This document shows, in pieces, positions 40,967-56,764 of a stretch of DNA of 64,000 nt. The stretch's first letter is position 1. Each line of letters starts with the position of its first letter. The DNA is from Eledone cirrhosa (Eukaryota): contig OZ024760.1 in NCBI GenBank assembly GCA_964016885.1, forward strand, positions 30,380,001-30,444,000, in the 5' to 3' direction. The position numbers and the translations under genes were made by a program. The notes beneath the pieces were generated by a model. The model was not told the DNA's origin. It did no database searches and was given only the letters and a program-made list of their open reading frames with translations.

Positions 40967-43866
40967 GTGATGTAATGTAATGTAATGTAATGTTTAATGT
41001 AATGTAATGTAATATGTAATGTAATGTAATGTAATGAAAATGTAATATAATGTGTAATGTAATGTGTAATGTAATGCAATGTGTAATGTAATGTAATGTA
41101 ATGTAATGTAATGTGTAATGTAATGTAATGTAATGTAATGTAATGTAATGTAATGTAATGTTTAATGTAATGTAACGTAATGTAATGTAATGTAATGTTT
41201 AATGTAATGTAATGTAACGTAACGTAATGTAATGTAATGTAATGTAATGTAATGTAATGTAATATAATGAAGTGTAATGTAATGTAATGAAATGTAATGT
41301 AATGTGTAATGTAATGTAGTGTAGTGTAATGTAATGAAATGTAATGTAATGTAATGTAATGTAATGTAATGTAATGTAATGTAATGTAATGTAATGTAAT
41401 GTAATGTGATGTAATGTAACGTGTAATGTAATGTAATGTAATGTGAAATGTAATGTAATGTAATGTAATATGTAATGTAATGTAATGTTTAATGTAATTT
41501 AATGTAATGTAATGTAACGTGTAATATAATGTAAAGTAATGTAATGTAATGTAATATAATGTAATATAATGTAATGTCTAAAGTAATGTAATGTAATGTA
41601 ATGTAATGCAATGTGTAATGTAATGTAATGTAATGTAATGTAATGTAATGTAATGTGTAATGTAATGTAATGTAATATAATGTTTAATGTAATGTAACGT
41701 AATGTAATGTAATGTAACGTAATGTAATGTAATATAATGTAATGTGTAATGTAATGTAATGTAATGTAATGTGTAATGTAATGTAATGTAATGTAATGTG
41801 TAATGTAATGTAATGTAATGAAAATGTAATGTAATGTGTAATGTAATGTGTAATATAATGTAATGTGTAATGTAATGTAATGTAATGTAATGTAATGTAA
41901 TGTAATGTGTAATGTAATGTAATGTAATGTAATGTAATGTAATGTAATGTAATGTAATGTAATGTTTAATGTAACGTAATGTAATGTAATGTAATGTAAT
42001 GTAATGTTTAATGTAATGTAATGTAATGTAATGTAATTTTTAATGTAATGTAATGTAATGTAATGTTATGTAATGTAATGTAATGTAATGTAGTGTACTG
42101 TAATGTAATGAAATGTAATGTAATGTGTAATGTAATGTAGTGTAATGTAATGTAATGTAATGAAATGTAATGTAATGTGTAATGTAATGTAATGTAGTGT
42201 ACTGTAATGTAATGTAATGTAATGTAATGTGTAATGTAATGTAATGTGTAATGTAATGTAATGTGTAATGTAATGTAATGTAACGTAATGTAATGTAATA
42301 TAATGTAATGTGTAATGTAATGTAATGTAATGTAATGTGTAATGTAATGTAATGTAATGTAATGTGTAATGTAATGTAATGTAATGAAAATGTAATGTAA
42401 TGTGTAATGTAATGTGTAATATAATGTAATGTGTAATGTAATGTAATGTAATGTAATGTAATGTAATGTAATGTGTAATGTAATGTAATGTAATGTAATG
42501 TAATGTAATGTAATGTAATGTAATGTAATGTTTAATGTAACGTAATGTAATGTAATGTAATGTAATGTAATGTTTAATGTAATGTAATGTAATGTAATGT
42601 AATTTTTAATGTAATGTAATGTAATGTAATGTAATGTAATGTAATGTAATGTAATGTAGTGTACTGTAATGTAATGAAATGTAATGTAATGTGTAATGTA
42701 ATGTAGTGTAATGTAATGTAATGTAATGAAATGTAATGTAATGTGTAATGTAATGTAATGTAATGTAATGTAATGTAATGTAATGTGTAATGTAATGTAA
42801 TGTAATGTGTAATGTAATGTAATGTAATGTAATATGTAATGTAAGGTAATGTGTAATATAATGTAATGTAATGTAATGTAATATAATGTAATATAATGTA
42901 ATGTATAATGTAATGTAATGTAATGTAATGCAATGTGTAATGTAATGTAATGTAATGTAATGTAATGTAATGTAATGTAATGTAATGTAATGTGTAATGT
43001 AATGTAATGTAATGTGTAATGTAATGTAATGTAATGTATAATGTAATGTCATGTAATGTAACTTAATGTAATGTCATGTGTAATGTAATGTAATGTAATG
43101 TAATGTGTAATGTAATGTAATGTAATGTAATGTAATGTAAAGTGTAATGTAATGTAATGTAATATAATGTTTAATATAATGTAATGTAATGTAATGTAAT
43201 GTGTAATGTAATGTAATGTAATGTAATGTAATGTAATGTAATGTAACGTGCAATGTAATGTAATGTAATGTAATGTGTAATGTAATGTAATGTAATGTAA
43301 TGTAATGTAATGTAATGTGTAACGTGTAATGTAATTTAATGAAATGTAATGTAATGCAATGTAATGTAATGTGTAATGTAATGTAACGTAAAATAATGTA
43401 ATGTAATGTAATGTGTAATGTAATGTAATGTGCAATGTAATGTAATGTAATGTAATGTAATGTGTAATGTAATGTAATGTAATGTGTAATGTAATGTAAT
43501 GTAATGTAATGTGTAATGTAATGTAATGTAATGTGTAGTGTAATGTAATATAATGTAATGTAATACAATGTGTAATGTAATGTAATGTAATGTAACGTGT
43601 AATGTAATGTAATGTAATGTGTAATGTAATGTAATGTAATGTAATGTGTAATGTAATGTAACGTAAAGTAATGTAATGTAATGTAATGAGTAATGTAATG
43701 TAATGTGTAATGTAATGTAATGTAATGTAATGTGTAATGTAATGTAACTTAATGTAATGTAATGTAATGTAATGTGTGATGTGATGTAATGTAATGTAAT
43801 GTACTGTGTAATGTAATGTGTAATGTAATGTGTAATGTAATGTAATGTATTGTAATGTAATGTAAT

Positions 43867-44054
43867 TGTTTCTAATTTAGGCACAAGGTCAGCAATTACC
43901 TTGTGCATTACTGGTACATTATTTTATCGACACCGTAAGGATGAAAAGCAAAGTCAACCTCGGTGGGATTTGAACTCAGATCGTAAAGGGACGTAACTAT
44001 GCTGGAAAGCATGGCGTCCGACCCTCTACCGATACTGCCAATCCACCGCCGTTT
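43867..44054 (-). mobile_element. tRNA-derived SINE copy 14 (H3 plus private SNP)
   Basis: Markers GTACATT, GACACCG, private TTACCTTGTG. Confidence 0.85.
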
Positions 44055-44799
44055 GTAATGTAATGTAATGTAATGTAATGTAATGTAATGTAATGTAATG
44101 TGTAATGTAATGTAATGTAATGTAATGTAATGTTTAATGTAATGTAATGTAATGTAATGTAATGTAATGTAATGTAATGTAATGTAATGTGTAATGTAAT
44201 GTAATGTAATGAAAATGTAATGTAATGTGTAATGTAATGTGTAATATAATGTAATGTGTAATGTAATGTAATGTAATGTAATGTAATGTAATGTAATGTA
44301 ATGGGTAATGTAATGTAATGTAATGTAATGTAATGTAATGTAATGTAATGTTTAATGTAATGTAATGTAATGTAATGTTTAATGTAATGTAATGTAATGT
44401 AATGTAATTTTTAATGTAATGTACTGTAATGTAGTGTAATGTAGTGTAATGTAATGTAATGAAATGTAATGTAATGTGTAATGTAATGTAATGTAATGTA
44501 ATGTAATGTAATTTTTAATGTAATGTAATGTAATGTAATGTAGTGTAATGTAATGTAATGAAATGTAATGTAATGTGTAATGTAATGTAGTGTAATGTAA
44601 TGTAATGTAATGAAATGTAATGTAACGTGTAATGTAATGTAGTGTAATGTAATGTAATGTAGTGTAATGTAATGTAATGTAATGAAATGTAATGTAATGT
44701 GTAATGTAATGTAATGTAATGTAATGTAATCTAATGTAATGTGTAATGTAATGTAATGTAATGTGTAATGTAATGTAATGTAATGTAATATGTAATGTA

Positions 44800-47700
44800 A
44801 AGTAATATTTAATGTAATGTAATGTAATGTAATGTAATGTAATGTAATGTGTAATATAATGTAATGTAATGTAATGTAATATAATGTAATATAATGTAAT
44901 GTATAATGTAATGTAATGTAATGTAATGCAATGTGTAATGTAATGTAATGTAATGTAATGTAATGTAATGTAATGTAATGTAATGTAATGTGTAATGTAA
45001 TGTAATGTAATGTGTAATGTAATGTAATGTAAAGTGTAATGTAATGTAGTGTAATGTAATGTAACTTAATGTAATGTCATGTGTAATGTAATGTAATGTA
45101 ATGTAATGTGTAATGTAATGTAATGTAATGTGTAATGTAATGTAATGTAATAAAATGTTTAATGTAATGTAACGTAATGTAATGTAATGTAATGTAATGT
45201 AATGTAATGTGCAATGTAATGTAATGTAATGTAATGTAATGTGTAATGTAATGTAATGTAATGTAATGTAATGTGTAATGTGTAATGTAATTTAATGAAA
45301 TGTAATGTAATGTAATGTAATGTAATGTAATGTAATGTAATGTAACGTAATGTAATGTAATGTAATGTGTAATGTAATGTAATGTAATGTAATGTAATGT
45401 AATGTGTAATGTAATGTAATGTAATGTAACGTAATATAACGTGTAATGTAATGTAATGTAATGTAATGTAATGTTATGTAATGTAATGTAATGTAATGTA
45501 ATGTGTAATGTAATGTAATGTAATGTAATGTAATGTAATGTAATGTAATGTGTAATGTAATGTAATGTGTAATGTAATGTAACGTAATGTAATGTAATGT
45601 AATGTAATGTAATATGTAATGTAATGTAATGTAATGTAATTTAATGTAATGTCTAATGTAATGTAATGTAATGTAATGTAATGTAATGTGTAATGTAATG
45701 TAATGTTAAGTAATGTAATGTGTAATGTAATGTAATGTAATATAATGTAATGTGTAATGTAATGTAATGTAATAAAATGTTTAATGTAATGTAACGTAAT
45801 GTAATGTAATGTAATGTAATGTAATGTAATGTGCAATGTAATGTAATGTAATGTAATGTAATGTGTAATGTAATGTAATGTAATGTAATGTAATGTGTAA
45901 TGTGTAATGTAATTTAATGAAATGTAATGTAATGTAATGTAATGTAACGTAATGTAATGTAATGTAATGTGTAATGTAATGTAATGTAATGTAATGTAAT
46001 GTAATGTGTAATGTAATGTAATGTAATGTAACGTAATATAACGTGTAATGTAATGTAATGTAATGTAATGTAATGTTATGTAATGTAATGTAATGTAATG
46101 TAATGTGTAATGTAATGTAATGTAATGTAATGTAATGTAATGTAATGTAATGTGTAATGTAATGTAATGTGTAATGTAATGTAACGTAATGTAATGTAAT
46201 GTAATGTAATGTAATATGTAATGTAATGTAATGTAATGTAATTTAATGTAATGTCTAATGTAATGTAATGTTATGTAATGTAATGTAATGTAATGTAATG
46301 TGTAATGTAATGTAATGTGTAACGTAACGTAATGTGATGTAATGTAATGTAATGTAATGTAATGTAATGTAATGTAATGTAATGTAATGTAATGTAATGT
46401 AATGTAATGTGTAATGTAATGTAATGTAATGTAATGTAATGTGTAATGTAATGTAATGTAATCTAATGTAATGTGTAATGTAATGTAATGTAATGTAATG
46501 TAATGTAATGTAATGTAATGTAATGTGTAACGTAATGTAATGTAATGTAATGTAACGTAATGTAATGTAATGTAATGTAATGTAATGTAATGTGTAATGT
46601 AATGTAATGTAATGTAATGTAATGTAAAGTAATGTAATGAAATGTAATGTGTAATGTGTAATGCAATGTAATGTAACGTAATGTAATGTAATGTAATGTA
46701 ATGTAATGTAATGTAATGTAATGTAATGTAATGTAATGTAATGTAATGTAATGTAATGTAATGTAATGTAATGTAATGTAATGTGTAATGTAATGTAATG
46801 TAATGTGTAATGTAATGTAATGTAATGTAATATGTAATGTAAAGTAATATTTAATGTAATGTAATGTAATGTAATGTAATGTAATGTGTAATATAATGTA
46901 ATGTAATGTAATGTAATATAATGTAATATAATGTAATGTATAATGTAATGTAATGTAATGTAATGCAATGTGTAATGTAATGTAATGTAATGTAATGTAA
47001 TGTAATGTAATGTGTAATGTAATGTAATGTAATGTGTAATGTAATGTAATGTAAAGTGTAATGTAATGTAGTGTAATGTAATGTAACTTAATGTAATGTC
47101 ATGTGTAATGTAATGTAATGTAATGTAACGTGTAATGTAATGTAATGTAATGTGTAATGTAATGTAATGTAATAAAATGTTTAATGTAATGTAACGTAAT
47201 GTAATGTAATGTAATGTAATGTAATGTAATGTGCAATGTAATGTAATGTAATGTAATGTAATGTGTAATGTAATGTAATGTAAAGTAATGTAATGTAATG
47301 TGTAATGTGTAATGTAATTTAATGAAATGTAATGTAATGTAATGTAATGTAATGTAATGTAATGTAATGTAACGTAATGTAATGTAATGTAATGTGTAAT
47401 GTAATGTAATGTAATGTAATGTAATGTAATGTAATGTAATGTGTAATATAATGTAATGTAATGTAACGTAATATAACGTGTAATGTAATGTAATGTAATG
47501 TAATGTAATGTTATGTAATGTAATGTAATGTAATGTGTAATGTAATGTAATGTAATGTAATGTAATGTAATGTGTAATGTAATGTAATGTGTAATGTAAT
47601 GTGTAATGTAATGTAACGTAATGTAATGTAATGTAATGTAATGTAATATGTAATGTAATGTAATGTAATGTAATTTAATGTAATGTCTAATGTAATGTAA

Positions 47701-50700
47701 TGTAATGTAATGTAATGTAATGTGTAATGTAATGTAATGTTAAGTAATGTAATGTGTAATGTAATGCAATGTAATATAATGTAATGTGTCATGTAGTGTA
47801 ACGTAATGTAATGTAATGTAATGTAATATGTAATGTAATGTAATGTGTAATGTAATGTAATGTAATGTAATGTGTAATGTAATGTAATGTAATGTAATGT
47901 AATGTAATGTAATGTGTAATGTAATGTAATGTAATGTAATGTGTAATGTAATGCAATGTGTAACGTAACGTAATGTAATGTAATGTAATGTAATGTAATG
48001 TAATGTAATGTAATGTAATGTAATGTAATGTGTAATGTAATGTAATGTAATGTAATGTAATGTGTAATGTAATGTAATGTAATCTAATGTAATGTGTAAT
48101 GTAATGTAATGTAATGTAATGTAATGTAATGTAATGTAATGTAATGTAATGTGTAACGTAATGTAATGTAATGTAATGTAATGTAATGTAATGTAATGTA
48201 ATGTGTAATGTAATGTAATGTAATGTAATGTAATGTAATGTAATGTAATGTAATGTAATGTAATGTAATGTAATGTAATGTGTAATGTAATGTAATGTAA
48301 TGTGTAATGTAATGTAATGTAATGTAATATGTAATGTAAAGTAATATTTAATGTAATGTAATGTAATGTAATGTAATGTAATGTGTAATATAATGTAATG
48401 TAATGTAATGTAATATAATGTAATATAATGTAATGTATAATGTAATGTAATGTAATGTAATGCAATGTGTAATGTAATGTAATGTAATGTAATGTAATGT
48501 AATGTAATGTGTAATGTAATGTAATGTAATGTGTAATGTAATGTAATGTAAAGTGTAATGTAATGTAGTGTAATGTAATGTAACTTAATGTAATGTCATG
48601 TGTAATGTAATGTAATGTAATGTAACGTGTAATGTAATGTAATGTAATGTGTAATGTAATGTAATGTAATAAAATGTTTAATGTAATGTAACGTAATGTA
48701 ATGTAATGTAATGTAATGTAATGTAATGTGCAATGTAATGTAATGTAATGTAATGTAATGTGTAATGTAATGTAATGTAATGTAATGTAATGTAATGTGT
48801 AATGTGTAATGTAATTTAATGAAATGTAATGTAATGTAATGTAATGTAATGTAATGTAATGTAATGTAACGTAATGTAATGTAATGTAATGTGTAATGTA
48901 ATGTAATGTAATGTAATGTAATGTAATGTAATGTAATGTGTAATATAATGTAATGTAATGTAACGTAATATAACGTGTAATGTAATGTAATGTAATGTAA
49001 TGTAATGTTATGTAATGTAATGTAATGTAATGTAATGTAATGTGTAATGTAATGTAATGTAATGTAATGTAATGTAATGTGTAATGTAATGTAATGTGTA
49101 ATGTAATGTGTAATGTAATGTAACGTAATGTAATGTAATGTAATGTAATGTAATATGTAATGTAATGTAATGTAATGTAATTTAATGTAATGTCTAATGT
49201 AATGTAATGTAATGTAATGTAATGTAATGTGTAATGTAATGTAATGTTAAGTAATGTAATGTGTAATGTAATGCAATGTAATATAATGTAATGTGTCATG
49301 TAGTGTAACGTAATGTAATGTAATGTAATGTAATATGTAATGTAATGTAATGTGTAATGTAATGTAATGTAATGTAATGTGTAATGTAATGTAATGTAAT
49401 GTAATGTAATGTAACGTGTAATGTAATGTAATGTAATGTAATGTGTAATGTAATGTAATGTGTAACGTAACGTAATGTAATGTAATGTAATGTAATGTAA
49501 TGTAATGTAATGTAATGTAATGTAATGTAATGTGTAATGTAATGTAATGTAATGTAATGTAATGTGTAATGTAATGTAATGTAATGTAATGTAATCTAAT
49601 GTAATGTGTAATGTAATGTAATGTAATGTAATGTAATGTAATGTAATGTAATGTAATGTAATGTAATGTGTAACGTAATGTAATGTAATGTAATGTAATG
49701 TAATGTAATGTAATGTAATGTGTAATGTAATGTAATGTAATGTAATGTAATGTAATGTAATGTAATGTAATGTAATGTAATGTAATGTGTAATGTAATGT
49801 AATGTAATGTAATGTAATGTAATGTAATGCAATGCAATGTAATGTAATGTAATGTAATGTAATGTAATGTAATGTAATGTAATGTAATGTGTAATGTGTA
49901 ATGTAATGTAATGTAATGTAATGTGTATTGTAATGTAATGTAATGTGTAATGTAATGTAATGTAATGTGTAATGTAATGTAATGTGTAATGTAATGTAAT
50001 GTGTAATGTAATGTAATGTTATGTAATGTAATGTATAATGTAATGTAATGTAATGTAATGTGTAATGTAATGTAATGTTATGTAATGTAATGTATAATGT
50101 AATGTAATGTAATGTAATATGTAATGTAATGTAATGTGTAATGTAGTGTAATGTAATGTAATGTAATATGTAATGTAATGTAATGTAATGTAATGTGTAA
50201 TGTAATGTAATGTAATGTGATGTAACGTGCAATGTAATGTAATGTAATGTAATGTGTAATGTAATGTAATGTAATCTAATGTAATGTGTAATGTAATGTA
50301 ATGTAATGTAATGTAATGTAATGTAATGTAATGTAATGTAATGTGTAACGTAATGTAATGTAATGTAATGTAATGTAATGTAATGTAATGTAATGTGTAA
50401 TGTAATGTAATGTAATGTAATGTAATGTAATGTAATGTAATGTAATGTAATGTAATGTAATGTAATGTAATGTGTAATGTAATGTAATGTAATGTGTAAT
50501 GTAATGTAATGTAATGTAATATGTAATGTAAAGTAATATTTAATGTAATGTAATGTAATGTAATGTAATGTAATGTGTAATATAATGTAATGTAATGTAA
50601 TGTAATATAATGTAATATAATGTAATGTATAATGTAATGTAATGTAATGTAATGCAATGTGTAATGTAATGTAATGTAATGTAATGTAATGTAATGTAAT

Positions 50701-52000
50701 GTGTAATGTAATGTAATGTAATGTGTAATGTAATGTAATGTAAAGTGTAATGTAATGTAGTGTAATGTAATGTAACTTAATGTAATGTCATGTGTAATGT
50801 AATGTAATGTAATGTAACGTGTAATGTAATGTAATGTAATGTGTAATGTAATGTAATGTAATAAAATGTTTAATGTAATGTAACGTAATGTAATGTAATG
50901 TAATGTAATGTAATGTAATGTGCAATGTAATGTAATGTAATGTAATGTAATGTGTAATGTAATGTAATGTAATGTAATGTAATGTAATGTGTAATGTGTA
51001 ATGTAATTTAATGAAATGTAATGTAATGTAATGTAATGTAATGTAATGTAATGTAATGTAATGTAACGTAATGTAATGTAATGTAATGTGTAATGTAATG
51101 TAATGTAATGTAATGTAATGTAATGTAATGTAATGTGTAATATAATGTAATGTAATGTAACGTAATATAACGTGTAATGTAATGTAATGTAATGTAATGT
51201 AATGTTATGTAATGTAATGTAATGTAATGTAATGTAATGTGTAATGTAATGTAATGTAATGTAATGTAATGTAATGTGTAATGTAATGTAATGTGTAATG
51301 TAATGTGTAATGTAATGTAACGTAATGTAATGTAATGTAATGTAATGTAATATGTAATGTAATGTAATGTAATGTAATTTAATGTAATGTCTAATGTAAT
51401 GTAATGTAATGTAATGTAATGTAATGTGTAATGTAATGTAATGTTAAGTAATGTAATGTGTAATGTAATGCAATGTAATATAATGTAATGTGTCATGTAG
51501 TGTAACGTAATGTAATGTAATGTAATGTAATATGTAATGTAATGTAATGTGTAATGTAATGTAATGTAATGTAATGTGTAATGTAATGTAATGTAATGTA
51601 ATGTAATGTAATGTAATGTGTAATGTAATGTAATGTAATGTAATGTGTAATGTAATGTAATGTGTAACGTAACGTAATGTAATGTAATGTAATGTAATGT
51701 AATGTAATGTAATGTAATGTAATGTAATGTAATGTAATGTGTAATGTAATGTAATGTAATGTAATGTAATGTGTAATGTAATGTAATGTAATCTAATGTA
51801 ATGTGTAATGTAATGTAATGTAATGTAATGTAATGTAATGTAATGTAATGTAATGTAATGTGTAACGTAATGTAATGTAATGTAATGTAATGTAATGTAA
51901 TGTAATGTAATGTGTAATGTAATGTAATGTAATGTAATGTAATGTAAAGTAATGTAATGAAATGTAATGTGTAATGTGTAATGCAATGCAATGTAATGTA
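44800..52000. repeat. SINE-free array of ~1.5-2.2-kb higher-order satellite units (ends approximate)
   Basis: AGTAATATTT recurs at 44801, 46843, 48340 and 50532. GTCTAAT recurs at 45651, 46253, 47685, 49192 and 51389. Confidence 0.75.
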
Positions 52001-53552
52001 ATGTAATGTAATGTAATGTAATGTAATGTAATGTAATGTAATGTAATGTAATGTAATGTAATGTAATGTAATGTAATGTGTAATGTAATGTAATGTAATG
52101 TAATGTAATGTAATGTAATGCAATGCAATGTAATGTAATGTAATGTAATGTAATGTAATGTAATGTAATGTAATGTGTAATGTGTAATGTAATGTAATGT
52201 AATGTAATGTGTATTGTAATGTAATGTAATGTGTAATGTAATGTAATGTAATGTGTAATGTAATGTAATGTGTAATGTAATGTAATGTGTAATGTAATGT
52301 AATGTTATGTAATGTAATGTATAATGTAATGTAATGTAATGTAATGTGTAATGTAATGTAATGTTATGTAATGTAATGTATAATGTAATGTAATGTAATG
52401 TAATATGTAATGTAATGTAATGTGTAATGTAGTGTAATGTAATGTAATGTAATATGTAATGTAATGTAATGTAATGTAATGTGTAATGTAATGTAATGTA
52501 ATGTGATGTAACGTGCAATGTAATGTAATGTAATGTAATGTGTAATGTAATGTAATGTAATGTAATGTAATGCAATGTAATGTAATGTAATGTAATGTAA
52601 TGTAATGTAATGTAATGTAATGTAATGTAATGTGTAATGTAATGTAATGTAATATAATGTAATGTAATGTAATGTAATGTGTAATGTAATGTAATGTAAT
52701 TTAATGTGCAATGTAATGTGATGTAATGTAATGTGTAATGTAAAGTAATGTATAATGTAATGTAATGTAATGTAATGTAATGTGTAATGTAATGTAATGT
52801 AATGTAATGTAATGTGTAATGTAATGTAATGTGTAATGTAATGTAATGTAATGTAATGTGTAATGTAATGTAATGTAATGTAATGTAATGTAATGTAATG
52901 TAATGTGTAATGTAATGCAATGTAATGTAATGTAATGCAATGTAATGTAATGTAATGTAATGTAATGTAATGTAATGTAATGTAATGAAATGTGATGTGT
53001 AATGTGTAATGCAATGTAATGTAACGTAACGTAATGTAATGTAATGTAATGTAATGTAATGTAATGTAATGTAATGTAATGTAATGTAATGTAATGTAAT
53101 GTGTAATGTAATGTAATGTAATGTAATGTAATGTGTAATGTAATGTAATGTAATGTAATGTAATGTGTAATGTAATGTAATGTAATGTAATGTAATGTGT
53201 AATGTAATGTAATGTAATGTAATGTGTAATGTAATGTAATGTAATGTAATGTAATGTGTAATGTAATGTAATGTAATGTAATGTAATGTATAATGTAATG
53301 TAATGTAATGTAATGTGTAATGTAATGTAATGTAATGTGTAATGTATTGTAATGTAATGTAATGTGCAATGTAATGTAATGTAATGTAATGTATAATGTA
53401 ATGTAATGTAATGTGTAATGTAATGTAATGTAATGTAATGTGTAATGTAACGTAATGTAATGTAATGTGTAATGTAATGTAATGTAATGTAATGTGTAAT
53501 GTAATGTAATGTAATGTAATGTGTAATGTAATGTATTGTAATGTAATGTAAT

Positions 53553-53740
53553 TGTTTCTAATTTAGGCACAAGGTCAGCAATTACCCTGTGCATTACTGG
53601 TACTTTATTTTATCGACCGCGTAAGGATGAAAAGCAAAGTCAACCTCGGTGGGATTTGAACTCAGATCGTAAAGGGACGTAACTATGCTGGAAAGCATGG
53701 CGTCCGTCCCTCTACCGATACTGCCAATCCACCGCCGTTT
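53553..53740 (-). mobile_element. tRNA-derived SINE copy 15 (H4)
   Basis: Markers GTACTTT, GACCGCG, TCCGTCCC. Confidence 0.85.
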
Positions 53741-56576
53741 GTAATGTAATGTAATGTAATGCAATGTAATGTAACGTAATGTAATGTAATGTAATGTAAT
53801 GTAATGTAATGTAATGTGTAATGTAATGTGATGTAATGTAATGTAATGTAATGTAACGTAATGTAATGTAATGTAATGTAATGTAATGTAATGTAGTGAA
53901 AATGTAATGTAATGTGTAATGTAATGTGTAACGTAATGTAATGTGTAATGTAATGTAATGTAATGTAATGTAATGTAATGTAATGTAATGTGTAATGTAA
54001 TGTAATGTAATGTAATGTTTAATGTAATGTAACGTAATGTAATGTAATGTAATGTTTAATGTAATGTAATGTAATGTAACGTGCAATGTAATGTAATGTA
54101 ATGTAATGTGTAATGTAAAGTAATGTATAATGTAATGTAATGTAATGTAATGTGTAATGTAATGTAATGTAATGTAAAGTAATGTAATGTAATGTAATGT
54201 AATGTAATGTGTAATGTAATGTAATGTAAAGTAATGTAATGTGTAATGTAACGTAATGTAATGTAATGTAATGTGTAATGTAATATAATGTAATGTAATG
54301 TAATGTGTAATGTAATGTAATGTGTAATGTAATGTAATGTAATGTAATGTAATGTAATGTAATGTGTAATGTAATGTAATGTAATGTAATGTGTAATGTA
54401 ATGTAATGTAATGTAATGTAATGTGTAATGTAATGTAATGTGTAATGTAATGTAATGTAATGTAATGTAATGTAATGTAATGTAATGTAATGTGTAATGT
54501 AATGTAATGTAATGTGTAATGTAATGTAATGTAATGTAATGTAATGTAATGTAATGAAATGTAATGTGTAATGTGTAATGCAATGTAATGTAACGTAATG
54601 TAATGTAATGTAATGTAATTTAATGTAATGTAATGTAATGTAATGTAATGTAATGTGTAATGTAAAGTAATGTATAATGTAATGTAATGTAATGTAATGT
54701 GTAATGTAATGTAATGTAATGTAATGTAATGTAATGTGTAATGTAATGTAATGTAATGTAATGTGTAATGTAACGTAATGTAATGTAGTGTAATGTGTAA
54801 TGTAATGTAATGTGTAATGTAATGTAATGTAATGTAATGTAATGTGTAATGTAATGTAATGTAATGTAATGTGTAATGTAATGTAATGTAATGTAATGTA
54901 ATGTAATGAAATGTAATGTGTAATGTGTAATGCAATGTAATGTAACGTAATGTAATGTAATGTAATGTAATGTAATGTAATGTAATGTAATGTAATGTAA
55001 TGTAATGTAATGTAATGTAATGTAATGTAATGTAATGTAATGTAATGTAATGTGTAATGTAATGTGATGTAATGTAATGTAGTGTAATGTAATGCAATGT
55101 AATGTAATGTAATATAATGTAATGTAATGTAATGTAATGTAATGTAATGTAATGTAATGTACTGTGTAATGTAATATAATGTAATGTAATATGTAATGTA
55201 ATGTAATGTTTAATGTAATGTAATGTAATATAATGTAATATAATGTAATGTATAATGTAATGGAATGTAATGTAATGTAATGTAATGCAATGTGTAATGT
55301 AATGTAATGTAATATAATGTTTAATGTAATGTAACGTAATGTAATGTAATGTAATGTGTAATGTAATGTAATGTAATGTAATGTAATGTAATGTAATGTA
55401 ATGTAATGTGTAATGTAATGTAATGTAATGTGTAATGTAATGTAACGTAATGTAATGTGTAATGTGTAATGTAATTTAATGTAAAGTAATGTAAGGTAAT
55501 GTAATGTAATGTAACGTAATGTAATGTAATATGTAATGTAATGTAATGTAATGTAATGTAATGTAATGTAATGTAATGTAATGTAATGTAATGTAATGTA
55601 ATGTAATGTAATGTGTAATGTAATGTAATGTAATGTAATGTAATGTAATGTGTAATGTAATGTAATGTGTAATGTAATGTAATGTAATGTAATATAATGT
55701 AATATAATGTAATGTATAATGTAATGTAATGTAATGCAATGTGTAAGGTAATGTAATGTAATGTAATGTAATGTAATGTAAGGTAATGTGTAATGTGTAC
55801 TGTAATGTAATGTAAAGTAATGTAATGTGTAGTGTAATGTAATTTAATGTAATGTAGCGTAATGTGTAATGTAGTGTAATGTAATATAATGTTTAATGTA
55901 AAGTAACGTAATGTAATGTAATGTAATGTAATGTAATGTGTAATGTAATGTAATGTAATGTGTAATGTAATGTAATGTAATGTAATGTAATGTGTAATGT
56001 GTAATGTAATGTAATGTAATGTAATGTAATGTTATGTAATGTAATGTAGTGTAATGTAATGTAATGCAACGTAATATAATGTAATGTAATGTAATGTAAT
56101 GTGTAATGTAATGTAATGTAATGTGTAATGTAATGTAATGTAATGTGTAATGTAATGTAATGTAATGTGTAATGTAATGTAATGTAATGTGTAATGTAAT
56201 GTAATGTGTAATGTAATGTAATGTTATGTAATGTAATGTATAATGTAATGTAATGTAATGTAATGTAATGTAATGTGTAATGTAATGTAATGTAGTGTAA
56301 TGTATAATGTAATGTAATGTGTAATGTAATGTAATGTAATGTGTAATGTAATGTAATGTAATGTAATGTAATGTGCAATGTAATGTAATGTAATGTAATG
56401 TGTAATGTAATGTAATGTATAATGTAATGTAATGTAATGTACTGTGTAATGTAATGTAATGTAATGTAATGTGTAATGTAATGTAATGTAATGTAATGTA
56501 ATGTAATGTAATGTAATGTGTAATGTAATGTAATGTAATGTAATGTGTAATGTAATGTATCGTAATGTAATGTAAT

Positions 56577-56764
56577 TGTTTCTAATTTAGGCACAAGGTC
56601 AGCAATTACCCTGTGCATTACTGGTACTTTATTTTATCGACCCCGTAAGGATGAAAAGCAAAGTCAACCTCGGTGGGATTTGAACTCAGATCGTAAAGGG
56701 ACGTAACTATGCTGGAAAGCATGGCGTCCGACCCTCTACCGATACTGCCAATCCACCGCCGTTT
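56577..56764 (-). mobile_element. tRNA-derived SINE copy 16 (H5)
   Basis: Markers GACCCCG, flanks GTATCG and TTTGTGAT. Confidence 0.85.
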
